Shown here piece after piece: positions 25,765 to 35,672 of a stretch of DNA of 64,000 nucleotides. A program made the translations under genes and the position numbers. The DNA lies in contig CAIYUC010000002.1 in NCBI GenBank assembly GCA_903929315.1, forward strand, positions 7,626 to 71,625, written 5' to 3'. The stretch's first letter is position 1; each line of letters starts with the position of its first letter. The DNA is from an uncultured Bacteroidales bacterium. Its GTDB lineage: Bacteria; Bacteroidota; Bacteroidia; Bacteroidales; FEN-979. The notes beneath the pieces were generated by a model. That model did not search any database. It was not told the origin of the DNA and saw nothing but the letters and a program-made list of their open reading frames with translations.

Positions 25765-25805
25765 AATAAACCCGTAAATCAATTGTTTACGGGTTTATTG
25801 TTTTT
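25765..25805 (+). terminator. Hairpin terminator aataaacccgtaaa-tcaattg-tttacgggtttatt + gttttt
   Basis: A 14-bp stem read directly, located just after the tRNA 3' fragment. It would be the natural tRNA terminator. Confidence 0.65.
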
Positions 25806-26156
25806 CTAAGGGGATGGCAGAAGGGCCGGTAAAAATGTTTTAATTGATATAGTGGGTTTTCTTCCTGACGCTCAAAAATTACGAGTTTTCAGGAGCAGAA
25901 GATACTTAACAGCTTGTATTTTAATCAATAAAGAACATCAAGATTTCTTTATCGAGAAATCACACCACTAATTTCGTGATTGGATTTTGTTTCCGATTTT
26001 TTAGGTGTGGCATTGGGAGTGTTCGTGTTTTTATCCAATGACAGCACGATTGAAACCGGGAAGATAATAAGGCAGTAAGATAACAAAAACAGACGCGCTT
26101 AATGCATCAGCTTAAGGAATTTCTTATTCCGATAAAGAAAAGTAACCGGATTCATC

Positions 26157-27422
26157 TTATTTATTCACGATCATTTTCTGTGTCTCAATCTCTCCATCTG
26201 CCTGAAGCTGATAACAATAAACTCCCGAGGTCAATCCTGAGGCATCAAAATTTACGGTATGCTCTCCTTGCGACAGATTACAATCAAGGAGGGTTTTAAC
26301 TTCACGCCCCGTAAAATCAATGATTTTTAAGATGACATGTGCTTTTTCCGGTAATCGCCAGGAAATAGTCGTGACCGCAATAACCGGGTTTGGATAATTT
26401 TGTCTCAGCAATAACGTGTTCGATAACCCGGAAATTTCATTCACTGAATTTATCATTTCCAACAATGGACGGCGCCATATTTCTTCTCCTACTGTAAGTG
26501 CAAAGAGTTTGCCGTTGCCGACTTTAAGATCTTCAACACCGTCAAAAGCAATGGCTAAGCCTTCAGATTTCCAACTGGCACCATTGTCAGTTGAGAGAAA
26601 GATCCCTTTATCATCCATTGTTCCGGCAAAGAGATTCGTGATGGCTGTTCCTTTCGTGGCGGGATAGATAGTAAGAGAATAGGCGCCATCGCTTGTCATT
26701 TCGTTACTCGGTAAAGTCCAGGTGTCGCCGTTATTGGTCGAAAGAAACACCCCGCCGCCACTACCGTAAACGGCCGCAAAGAGATTACTCCCGTTAACGA
26801 CAAGATTGGTAACAAGAGTACCGCTGGGTAAGCCTGAATCGATGGCTTTCCAGCTTGTATCTCCGATGACCGAACGAAAGACGCCATTGCTTTGCGTGCT
26901 TGCATAGAGATTGCTTGTACCGGCCGCAATCGAAAGAACCCTGCTATTGCAAAAAGCAGAACCGATCCTTGACCAATTTATTCCGGAGTTTGTCGAAACA
27001 AATACCTCCCCATAGGTACTACCAGCGTAGAATTTGGTTCCGCTGATAATAACAATATTGATCCAGGGGTCAGTCAGACCATTAATAATACCAGTCCAGC
27101 TGGTACCTTTGTTAGTCGAAAGAAAAATGCCACCACCGTCTGAGTCAACTGCAAGGAGATTGCTACCGTCGTAAGTAAGACAACCAGTGTTAACCACGTG
27201 GTTATGGAGATTAGAAGTGACATCCGTCCAGGTGACACCGTCGTCGGTTGAATGAAAGACTTGCCCCTGTCCGTTGCCTTCAAAGAGATCGTTACCGCTG
27301 ATAGCAATGCATTGAATCTGTCCTGGAGCAGGCGTACTGGTTTGTACCCATTGAGCATTTAACGGTATTGTTGTGTTGGCCAGGAAGATAATCATAACAA
27401 GAAATCCAAAAATCTTTTTCAT
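26157..27422 (-). CDS. Secreted BNR/Asp-box (sortilin/VPS10-like) repeat protein with T9SS C-terminal domain
   Basis: Signal peptide from MKKIFGFLVMII. Repeated S-x-D-x-G-x-T-W boxes (STDDGVTW, STNKGTSW, STNSGINW, STNNGDTW, STDNGASW). C-terminal NYPNPVIAVTTI...GVYCYQL. Confidence 0.8.
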   Translation of the reverse strand: MKKIFGFLVMIIFLANTTIPLNAQWVQTSTPAPGQIQCIAISGNDLFEGNGQGQVFHSTDDGVTWTDVTSNLHNHVVNTGCLTYDGSNLLAVDSDGGGIFLSTNKGTSWTGIINGLTDPWINIVIISGTKFYAGSTYGEVFVSTNSGINWSRIGSAFCNSRVLSIAAGTSNLYASTQSNGVFRSVIGDTSWKAIDSGLPSGTLVTNLVVNGSNLFAAVYGSGGGVFLSTNNGDTWTLPSNEMTSDGAYSLTIYPATKGTAITNLFAGTMDDKGIFLSTDNGASWKSEGLAIAFDGVEDLKVGNGKLFALTVGEEIWRRPLLEMINSVNEISGLSNTLLLRQNYPNPVIAVTTISWRLPEKAHVILKIIDFTGREVKTLLDCNLSQGEHTVNFDASGLTSGVYCYQLQADGEIETQKMIVNK

Positions 27423-27860
27423 TATTTTTCTCCTTTCATGAAATAGTTTAATGGTTTTACTTTTAATAAGGGTTTTTATATGATCGTTAATTGATCTTCT
27501 GTTCAGTGCGAAAAACACAAATCTATCCGCTTATCAATAAAAAGAATTTTTGTCTAAAAACAAAGATACACGATTTTTAATTGTACACCAGGGATAAACT
27601 TATTAATCTCCGGCGAATCCGGGATCATTCAATAGATCGTCCTTAGCGGGATACCTTTACAATCCTGCTTGGCTATTATCAAAACATTCCATTCAATTTT
27701 TCATTTCTTCAATAAAATAAACCACTTTCGCAAAATCAATGATGAAGTCACGGTTGGATATTTCATCAGAATAGTGTAGTGTACGTAATATTTAATTGTC
27801 AGATATTTAATATGATAAACAATATTATTGGTTAAGTAAGATAAAGGGTTTATAATGTAA

Positions 27861-27894
27861 AAAGAGGCTGTCAAAAATAGGTGATAGCCTCTTT
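27861..27894 (-). terminator. Hairpin aaagaggct ... agcctcttt with T-run on the minus strand
   Basis: A 9-bp stem, about 150 nt downstream of the TolC-like stop. Confidence 0.4.
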
Positions 27895-28041
27895 TGTTGA
27901 ATTTTGCTTCACGTATCTGAATTTTCCAATCCGGTTTTACCACCTGTTTCGGGATGATGGTTTAGATGACATTAGAAAAGCCCAAGCATCTGACCACCTT
28001 TCGCTGATTTAAACAGATCATCATACACATCTGATAATAAT

Positions 28042-31000
28042 TTAACTGCCGGTCATGAGCTTGTATTTCGCGAATTTGCTTCGGAACTGGCACTGGGAGT
28101 CAGTGAGGTTGTCCTTCGCCTGCTGCAAAACGGCCTGGACCTCGAGCAGGTCGGAGATCCCGATGATCCCGGCCTTGTAATTGTCCTGGCTGATGCGGAG
28201 GTTCTCAATGGCCTGCTCTACCGATACCTGCGAAACGCCTATCTGATAACGGGTCTCCTCTACTTCATTGGCTGCCTGGCGGATCTGCAATACCAGCAAT
28301 TCGGTGTTTTCCTGAAGGGAGCTTTCGGCCTGCTCGACTTCGATCTGCTGCTTCTTGATCTTGTGACTCCCGGCCCACCAGTCGGTTATTGGGACGCTCA
28401 GGTTTACCATGCCCAGGGCATTGTTGGTGGTCTTGTTCATGATATCGTAGGTAAAACCTGCGCCCACGACTGAGAGCTGGGGCATATATTCGCCTGCAGC
28501 CAGCTTTTTTTGCACCTGTTTTACTTCCACTGCTTTGTTCAGCAAATGGTACTCGCTGCGGTTTTTCACTAGCTGCTCGGGGTCCTGGAAAACTAGGGTT
28601 GCAGACTGCGCATCGGGCGGGGCAGTGAAGACCAGCGTGCTGTCGTACGGCAGACCGATATGCTGGCATAAGGCCCTCCTCGTGAGATTGACCCCATTCT
28701 TCAGCTTCAGCATGTTGCTTTTTAGCTCGTTCTGCTTCAGCTGGACTTTCAGCACATCGTTCTTTTGCACCAGTCCTGCATTGCTGTAGTTGTTTACATC
28801 ACGGTACAGGGAGTCGAGCATGTGCTGGTAGCTTCGTATGGTCTTCTCTTTTTCGCTGAGCGACTGCAGGGTCCAGAACAGCTCTTCGGTCCGGGCCAGG
28901 ACCTCGTCTCGTGTCATCTCTTTCTGGTATACAGTAACGTCTTCGCTAAGCCTCGCAAGCTTGTATCCCCTCCTGATCCTTCCCCCGGCATAAACCGGCA
29001 TGGACACGGTAACAGCTGTGGTGTTCATATAATCAAGCAGACCTATCGAGAGTGCGGGGAAATATGCGAACTGGGTCGGGTTTACAAGCTGGGCCGGATT
29101 TTTACCGTCCCAAACCGGAAGGTTCATCTGGGGTGTTTCGAGTTTCATAAGGTAATCGGCAGAACGTAATGAAAATGCTGCAACGCTGACTTTCGGGAAA
29201 AAGTTGGTGAAGACTTCCTGTTTCTGCTGTTGAGACGCCCGTACCTGCAATTCTGACTCTTTGATCTTGCGGTTGTTTTGCAGGGCAAGCTGCTTGCATG
29301 AATCCAGTGAAATGGTCTGGGCCTGGCCTGTGCTTAGCATTGAGGGAACTGTCAACAGAAAACCAAATAAGATCATTTTTATATTCCGCGGCAAAGTCCA
29401 GAATGGCAGTTTCTTCTCTTTATCGCTGTATGAAACTGAGTACATGACCGGGAGGATGTAGAGGGTCAAAACCATGGAAAACAAAAGTCCGAAACAGATC
29501 ACAGTGCCCAATGGCCCCCAGAGTGGCGAGCGGCTGATGATCATCGGGATAACTCCCACTCCTGCCGCAGCAGAGGTGAGGAAGATGGGCCTCATACGAC
29601 GTTTCCCCGCTGCAATGGCTGCTTCTTTCGTGGTCATTCCCTGGTTCTCTTTCAATTCGCGGGCATAATCGATCAGGATGATCCCGTTCCTTATCACCAT
29701 CCCGCATAAACTGGTGATACCGATGAATGCGGTGGTGCTGAAGGGGAAGTGCATGATCAGCAGTCCGACCACAGCCCCGGGCAGCGTAAGGAGCATTCCG
29801 CTCATGATCAGGAGCGCAAGTTTGGCTTTTCTGAACTGTATCAGCAGGATGAAAAAGATGAGCAGTATGCTTACCCCAAGCGCAATCCCCATGGGTATGA
29901 ACACTTCCTGCATGGCTTCATAATCTCCACCCCAGGCGATGGACGTGCCTTCGGGCAAAGGCAGCTTGTCGATCTGCGGCTTGATCTTATCAAGGATAGC
30001 TGCTGCAACTGCCTTTGGTGTGTTATCGATCATGACCGTGAGCGTGGGGACACCGTTGCGCCTTACTATCGTCCCTTCAGTCCATGAGGGTGTGAAGTTA
30101 GCCATTGAGCGAAGTGGAATGGCCGAAAAACTCATGGGCGAAGTAATATACTGGTCTTCAAGGGTTTTTATATTTTGTTTGGATGACTGATCCTGTTTCA
30201 GCACGACATCTACCGGGTAATCATCCTCCCATATGGTGGTCAGCGGGACTCCGTCAAGCCCTATCATCACCGAGGTAGCCACAAGGCTTTTATAGTACCC
30301 CATGCGGTTGGCTTTGTCACGGTCGAGGTTCACGTTGATATTCTGCTGGGGCTGGTCCCAGTCGCTGCGCACCCATGCGAGTCCGTGGGTTTTGGACAGG
30401 ATCTCCATTACTTTTTTCTCGGTACTGCGGATGTCTTTCACCGAATCTGAAGAGATGCGGACCTCGATGGAAGCCTTGTTGAGCTGCATTGCCAATATCT
30501 TCCATTTTACATGGGCATTGATGAAGTTATCGGAATACCTGGGACTGTAATCGTTCACTATTTCCCTGGTAGCCTTGTCCGACTTGGTGTTGACCAGCAA
30601 CTGGCCGAAGTTCGAAGCCGGCATCTGGGGTGCATAAACGGTATGGAACCTGGGCGAACTGGTGCCAATAAAACTGGTGACATTTGTCACTCTCTTGTCT
30701 TTCAGCAAGATGGATTCCAGGCTGTCGACCACTTTCTGGGTGCATTTCAGGGACGAACCGGTTGGCAGGTATACTTCAACGGCAAACTGGTTTCGTTCCA
30801 TTTCAGGGAATAATTGCTGGTCGGTAAGCTGAAAAAGTAGCACCGACACTACAACCGAACCTACCCCTGTGGCTATGACCAGCCGGGGATGTTTGAATGC
30901 CTTGTCGATCGATTTATCGAACCAGGCCTGTAATAGATCGAGGAAGGACTTTTTGCCCGGTTTTTTCACGTTCTTCAGTCCTTTTTTGATGAATACAAAA

Positions 31001-32475
31001 TTCAGATATGGGACCAGGAACAAGGCAACCAGTATCGAAACGGTCAGCGCAATGGTCACTACCCAGGGAATGGTCTGCATGAATTCGCCGGCTGTTCCGG
31101 GGACCATGAATCCAAGGGGGATGTATGCGGCTAAAATGGCGAGGGTGGCGACAATGATAGGCGCAACCAGTTCCCTGGCGCTTTTTATGGCTGCATGCCA
31201 GGGTGAAAATCCCAGGTCGATCTTTGTCACATGGTTATCGATGATCACAATGGAGTTATCGACGATCATCCCGAGAACCAGGATCAGCGAGGCCAGGGAA
31301 ACCGTATGCAGCTCTATCCCTTTAAAATACATTATGGCCAGGGTGATCATCACCGAGATCGGGACTGTGATCCCGGCAACTGAAGCTACGCGGAGGGGAA
31401 GCAGGATCAGGGTCACCAGGATCACTGCAATGATGGCGATCAGGAATTCGTGAAGGAAATTGTTCACCGAATCGCTTACGTACTTAGGCAGTTCCGATAT
31501 CTTGGCTATTTCAATGCCTGACGGACAATGCTTCATAAAATTATCCAGGACCTTGTCCACATCCTTGCCATACTCCACGATATTGTTGCCCGGTTGCATT
31601 TCGAGCGAGAGCAGTATGGTTTTTTTTCCGTTCTGGCGGATGAAATTACCGGGTTTATCATACTTTCGTTCGATGGTGGCGATGTTCTTAAGTCTCACCA
31701 CGTTGCCGTTGGGGTCGGAGTAAACGATCTGCTCGGCCAGGTCTTTCTCCGATTCAAAATTCGGAGGAAAATGCACCGGCATTACACTGCGGCCGTCATC
31801 GAGCTTACCCGCATAGCTCACCATCCCGTTGGCCTGGTATGAGCCCAGCAGCGTCAGCGATTTGATGTTGTATTCGTTAAGCAGCTCAGGCTTTACATTC
31901 ACAAAGATCTTTTCTTTCTGGAGACCGAAGTGCTTGATCTTGGAGGTAGCCGGGATCTTACGGCATTCCGATTCGAGCTTTTTCAGCTGCTCCTCCAGTT
32001 CTTTATAGCTTTTTGTGTCGGAGGATAAGGTGATGAGCAGTGCCGAGGTATCACCAAAGTCTGAATTGGCGATCAAAGCGGCAACTCCCGCAGGAAGGAT
32101 CATTTTCAGCTCGGCCAGCCCGTGCTTTAATTTGGACCAGAACTGGTCGGCATTCTTTACATCATCATTCAATTCAACGAAAATGTACATGATACCCTCA
32201 CGGGAATAGGAATAGGTCTTGGCCTTTTTTACTTCCTGGTAACCAAAAAGATAATTCTCAACCACGGTAGTAAGCTGTTTTTCCACTTCTGTGGATGTCG
32301 CCCCGGGGAATATCCCAACGATGACCCCCTGACGGATAGTAAATACGGGGAATTCATTACGCGGCATTTTAAACAGGGCGATGATCCCGACGATGATAAT
32401 GGCCGCCGCAATGATCACAACGATGTTGTTGTTTCGCATTGCCTTTTCAATCAGGTTCAATTTCTTGCGTTCCAT
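28042..32475 (-). CDS. RND efflux permease (AcrB/HAE1-like) reading in frame into a TolC-family outer-membrane factor
   Basis: A single 1477-aa ORF. Residues 1 to about 1033 form a 12-TM RND permease. An internal Met at 29376 is followed by a signal peptide (MILFGFLLTVPSMLSTGQAQ) and about 445 aa of TolC-like repeats. No stop separates them (…PRNIK-MILF…). Confidence 0.85.
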   Translation of the reverse strand: MERKKLNLIEKAMRNNNIVVIIAAAIIIVGIIALFKMPRNEFPVFTIRQGVIVGIFPGATSTEVEKQLTTVVENYLFGYQEVKKAKTYSYSREGIMYIFVELNDDVKNADQFWSKLKHGLAELKMILPAGVAALIANSDFGDTSALLITLSSDTKSYKELEEQLKKLESECRKIPATSKIKHFGLQKEKIFVNVKPELLNEYNIKSLTLLGSYQANGMVSYAGKLDDGRSVMPVHFPPNFESEKDLAEQIVYSDPNGNVVRLKNIATIERKYDKPGNFIRQNGKKTILLSLEMQPGNNIVEYGKDVDKVLDNFMKHCPSGIEIAKISELPKYVSDSVNNFLHEFLIAIIAVILVTLILLPLRVASVAGITVPISVMITLAIMYFKGIELHTVSLASLILVLGMIVDNSIVIIDNHVTKIDLGFSPWHAAIKSARELVAPIIVATLAILAAYIPLGFMVPGTAGEFMQTIPWVVTIALTVSILVALFLVPYLNFVFIKKGLKNVKKPGKKSFLDLLQAWFDKSIDKAFKHPRLVIATGVGSVVVSVLLFQLTDQQLFPEMERNQFAVEVYLPTGSSLKCTQKVVDSLESILLKDKRVTNVTSFIGTSSPRFHTVYAPQMPASNFGQLLVNTKSDKATREIVNDYSPRYSDNFINAHVKWKILAMQLNKASIEVRISSDSVKDIRSTEKKVMEILSKTHGLAWVRSDWDQPQQNINVNLDRDKANRMGYYKSLVATSVMIGLDGVPLTTIWEDDYPVDVVLKQDQSSKQNIKTLEDQYITSPMSFSAIPLRSMANFTPSWTEGTIVRRNGVPTLTVMIDNTPKAVAAAILDKIKPQIDKLPLPEGTSIAWGGDYEAMQEVFIPMGIALGVSILLIFFILLIQFRKAKLALLIMSGMLLTLPGAVVGLLIMHFPFSTTAFIGITSLCGMVIRNGIILIDYARELKENQGMTTKEAAIAAGKRRMRPIFLTSAAAGVGVIPMIISRSPLWGPLGTVICFGLLFSMVLTLYILPVMYSVSYSDKEKKLPFWTLPRNIKMILFGFLLTVPSMLSTGQAQTISLDSCKQLALQNNRKIKESELQVRASQQQKQEVFTNFFPKVSVAAFSLRSADYLMKLETPQMNLPVWDGKNPAQLVNPTQFAYFPALSIGLLDYMNTTAVTVSMPVYAGGRIRRGYKLARLSEDVTVYQKEMTRDEVLARTEELFWTLQSLSEKEKTIRSYQHMLDSLYRDVNNYSNAGLVQKNDVLKVQLKQNELKSNMLKLKNGVNLTRRALCQHIGLPYDSTLVFTAPPDAQSATLVFQDPEQLVKNRSEYHLLNKAVEVKQVQKKLAAGEYMPQLSVVGAGFTYDIMNKTTNNALGMVNLSVPITDWWAGSHKIKKQQIEVEQAESSLQENTELLVLQIRQAANEVEETRYQIGVSQVSVEQAIENLRISQDNYKAGIIGISDLLEVQAVLQQAKDNLTDSQCQFRSKFAKYKLMTGS

Positions 32476-32476
32476 G

Positions 32477-33508
32477 TCAGAAGGAAATTAAACTGTTGTC
32501 ACTCAATTTTTCTTTCCCTTCATTCACGATCAATTGTCCTGCTGCAAGGCCCGACACCACTTCCAGTCCCGAATCAAGATACTGCCCGGTTTTTATGACC
32601 TGCTTTTTTGCCCGTTTTTCTGAAGGATCTACCACGTATATATATACCCTGTTTTCATTGTCTTTCGACACACTCTGGTTTGGGACAAGTATTACTTCCT
32701 TTTCCATGGTCGTTTCCATTTTCACATCACAGACCATTCCCGGTTTCAGTGCAAGCTCAGGGTTCTGAACAAGGATTTTCGCCTCATACGTGCGGGAGAT
32801 TTTGTCTGCAACCGGGCTGATATTGGATACCTCCCCTTTGAATTCCTTGTCATTCAGTGCAGAGACCGTAAAGCTTGCTTTCATTCCTTTGATGATCCTG
32901 GCCACTTCGTTTTCGGGAACCGAGATCTTCACATATACCTGCTTTATATAGACCAGTTCCAGTGGAGCCGAAACAATGGATATTGACGACATTCCCGGTT
33001 CTATGTTCCTTCGCCCGACCATCCCGTTGACCGGTGCATACAGGTTGCATTTCTCAAGGTTGTTCTTCGCCAGGTTGAGTGATGACTGGGCCTGTTCGAG
33101 CTTGGACTCCATCTCCACCCATTTGATCTCGGGCAGGCTTCCCTTGTCGTGCACCGTCTTCAACCTGTCGTAGGCATCCTTAGCCTGTTGGTACTGTGAA
33201 AGCGTGATATCATATAGGCTCTTTGCATCGGTTTGATCAAGAGTGGCAACCAACTGGCCTTTCTGAACCACGTCACCTGGTTCGACCAATACTTTTTCAA
33301 CGGTCCCGGTGGTCTGGAAATTAAGAGGTATGCTTTGATATGCTTCAACGGTACCGCTGTATCGTAAGCCGGTAACTACCTTTTCCTTTTTCACTATGAC
33401 GGTGGTCACTGTGATGGGTTTCGTTCCGGGAAGGCTGTCCTGGTTTTCTTTGGGATTGCATGCGATAAGCATAGACAATGCTATCGCGGGAATGATCATC
33501 TTCTTCAT
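32477..33508 (-). CDS. RND efflux periplasmic adaptor (HlyD/MFP family) lipoprotein
   Basis: Lipobox LIAC, biotinyl-lipoyl/hairpin/beta-barrel layout. The stop lies 1 nt from the RND start. Confidence 0.88.
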   Translation of the reverse strand: MKKMIIPAIALSMLIACNPKENQDSLPGTKPITVTTVIVKKEKVVTGLRYSGTVEAYQSIPLNFQTTGTVEKVLVEPGDVVQKGQLVATLDQTDAKSLYDITLSQYQQAKDAYDRLKTVHDKGSLPEIKWVEMESKLEQAQSSLNLAKNNLEKCNLYAPVNGMVGRRNIEPGMSSISIVSAPLELVYIKQVYVKISVPENEVARIIKGMKASFTVSALNDKEFKGEVSNISPVADKISRTYEAKILVQNPELALKPGMVCDVKMETTMEKEVILVPNQSVSKDNENRVYIYVVDPSEKRAKKQVIKTGQYLDSGLEVVSGLAAGQLIVNEGKEKLSDNSLISF

Positions 33509-33602
33509 ATTTCTGTGTTTGTTTAAGTATTGTCTTTGTTAAAATACTGAACGATTGGTATTTTACATACTGAACGAACGGTATGTTTTGGAATAAAAAA
33601 AA

Positions 33603-34190
33603 TTACTTCTTGAGCAGGTAATACAACTGGTTAAGCTGGCCTTTCAATGATTTTATGGCCGACTCAATGGAACTGTTCCGGATGAGGTCACCGGCCAGCC
33701 CTATGCTCAGGGAAAAGTATTGAAGGGCTACTATCTTAACGTTGATGTCGCTTCGTACTTCCCCCCGTTTGATCGCATATTTGAGAATGATTTCCACATT
33801 TTTTACAGCATCTTCAATGATATGGGTTTTATTCTCCGAAAATCCCTTATAATGCCTGAAGGAATCGGCTATCAGCGAAAGGTAATTTACAGGGATGAAC
33901 TTCTCATCACTCCCAAAAATAGCCTTCAGGATCTTATGCGTATGTTCGATGCATGCACTGGTGTATTCCTTCAGGCTAATGTTATCCACATCGACCATGA
34001 CGATTGAAATGGGAAAATGCTTATCGATCACAGCACGAAAAAGTTCTTCCTTATTTCTGAAATGATGGTAAAGGGCTCCCTTCGTAAAGCCGATTGCATC
34101 GCTGATCACGCTGATCGAAACAGCTTCATAACTGTGGTTCAGAAACAGCTTGTAGGCCTCGTCGATGATAATATCCCTTGTATCTTTCAT
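33603..34190 (-). CDS. TetR/AcrR-family transcriptional regulator
   Basis: N-terminal HTH YEAVSISVISDAIGFTKGALYHHFRNKEELF. Heads the efflux operon. Confidence 0.88.
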   Translation of the reverse strand: MKDTRDIIIDEAYKLFLNHSYEAVSISVISDAIGFTKGALYHHFRNKEELFRAVIDKHFPISIVMVDVDNISLKEYTSACIEHTHKILKAIFGSDEKFIPVNYLSLIADSFRHYKGFSENKTHIIEDAVKNVEIILKYAIKRGEVRSDINVKIVALQYFSLSIGLAGDLIRNSSIESAIKSLKGQLNQLYYLLKK

Positions 34191-34460
34191 GATAAAAATA
34201 CTGAACGATCGGTATGCAAAAGTAAAACTTTTTTATTTACGGTAACAAATTATTTTCAGAATTTTCAATTTTATGGCCTACTATTCCTGAAGTCCTTTCT
34301 TAGACTCCAATTTCTTTATTTCCGAGGATGCGGTATTTGTCATTCACTTGAGACCGATTGAATGCTGCAAAATTAATTGATAATAGGGACAACAGATCCG
34401 AAGAAGGGATCTATACAGGAAGGCCAATAATCAATTAAGAATAAAACCTAAAAACCATCT

Positions 34461-34537
34461 ATTTCCTCAATAAAATCAACTACTTTCAGTTAATCTGGAA
34501 TGATTCTAAAGTTAGATAATTGGTCAGTTAAGTGTAC
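34461..34537. repeat. 77-bp repeat, second copy of 10852-10928
   Basis: One mismatch by eye (G/T after ctttcag). Followed by the AGCGAAA-tactg-TTTCGCT-T7 hairpin at 34547-34571. Confidence 0.9.
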
Positions 34538-34709
34538 AAGACAAATAGCGAAATACTGTTTCGCTTTTTTTATCACACCCAAACCTGCCGGCAGGCAGGC
34601 CCACACCCTATTGGAGGAAGAGGTATCTATTTAGCACCAATGTCAAAACCAATGCAATTAAAAGAAGCTGAGGAAACACCACCACCAGCGGAGACAACAT
34701 TAGAGAAAA

Positions 34710-34943
34710 TTAAATAAAAATCAAGGAACCTTTTCCATTAGTTGTGTTCTTGGTGATGTTCCTACCCAACTTCTCAGCTCTTTTCTTCACTATAAAACTC
34801 CCGAATCCACGTGGGTAAACATTCTTTCTTTCTGTCATAAACTCTTTCATCGTTTCCATGAACGCTTCGACAATAGCTTGTACAACTACTTTTTCAATTC
34901 CAGTTTTTTCAGTAATCTGATTTACGATTTCAGCTTTTGTCAT
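34710..34943 (-). CDS. HU-family DNA-binding protein with aberrant, shortened C-terminus
   Basis: MTKAEIVNQITEKTGIEK...RGFGSFIVKKRAEKLGRNITKNTT is canonical HU. It then ends NGKGSLIFI* instead of the usual beta-arm return and C-terminal strand. Confidence 0.7.
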   Translation of the reverse strand: MTKAEIVNQITEKTGIEKVVVQAIVEAFMETMKEFMTERKNVYPRGFGSFIVKKRAEKLGRNITKNTTNGKGSLIFI

Positions 34944-34967
34944 ATGTATCTTCACCGGACTATAATA

Positions 34968-35672
34968 TCATCGTTTAATAAGCCTGGATTCTATCCGGCT
35001 CATTACATCATTCCTGTAATTTTTACTAATCGGAAGCCTCATCGAACTTGTTATTACATCAGTGCCATCAATAGTTTGAATGGCTGAAATAGCGACAAGA
35101 TAGGATTTATGTATCTTTACAAAGAGATGAGCAGGAAGCTTCTCTTCTATACCTGAGAACGTAAGATAGGTGATATATTTTTTTTGCCGTGTATGGATGA
35201 TAACATAATTCGCCATAGCTTCAATGTAAATCACGTCAGCCATTATAATTTTTTCAATTTTACCATTACATTTTATGAAAAAGAAATCCTGCGTAAAGCT
35301 AACTTCCTTATTTGTTGCATGAAGATAGCTTTGGGCTTTTTCTACAGATTTCAGAAATCTGGAGAAGGAAATTGGTTTAAGCAAATAATCGACCACATCC
35401 AATTCAAATCCTTCCAAAGCATATTCAGAGTATGCTGTTGTAAAAATTATAAGTGGCGGGTCGGCGAGCGCTTTTACAAACTCAATACCGGTAAGTTTGG
35501 GCATTTGTATATCAATAAAAACCAGGTCTATTTTATTCTTCTGTAGCAAACCCGCAGCCTCTGCCGCACTTTTGCATTGCGCAACCGGACTTAAATAATC
35601 TATTTGCCTGATATATTCCATTATGCCTTCACGGGCAATCGGCTCATCATCTACTACAAGACAATTAATCAT
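34968..35672 (-). CDS. LytTR-family response regulator
   Basis: Receiver domain (MINCLVVDDEP, DLVFIDIQMP) plus a LytTR DNA-binding domain. The ATG overlaps the kinase stop (TATGATTAA). Confidence 0.88.
   Translation of the reverse strand: MINCLVVDDEPIAREGIMEYIRQIDYLSPVAQCKSAAEAAGLLQKNKIDLVFIDIQMPKLTGIEFVKALADPPLIIFTTAYSEYALEGFELDVVDYLLKPISFSRFLKSVEKAQSYLHATNKEVSFTQDFFFIKCNGKIEKIIMADVIYIEAMANYVIIHTRQKKYITYLTFSGIEEKLPAHLFVKIHKSYLVAISAIQTIDGTDVITSSMRLPISKNYRNDVMSRIESRLIKR

Noticed and set aside
28265-31842. Many 60-190-aa ORFs on both strands inside the RND/TolC gene
   Set aside because: The host gene is GC-rich, so alternative frames stay open. All of them are nested in a strongly supported 1477-aa ORF.
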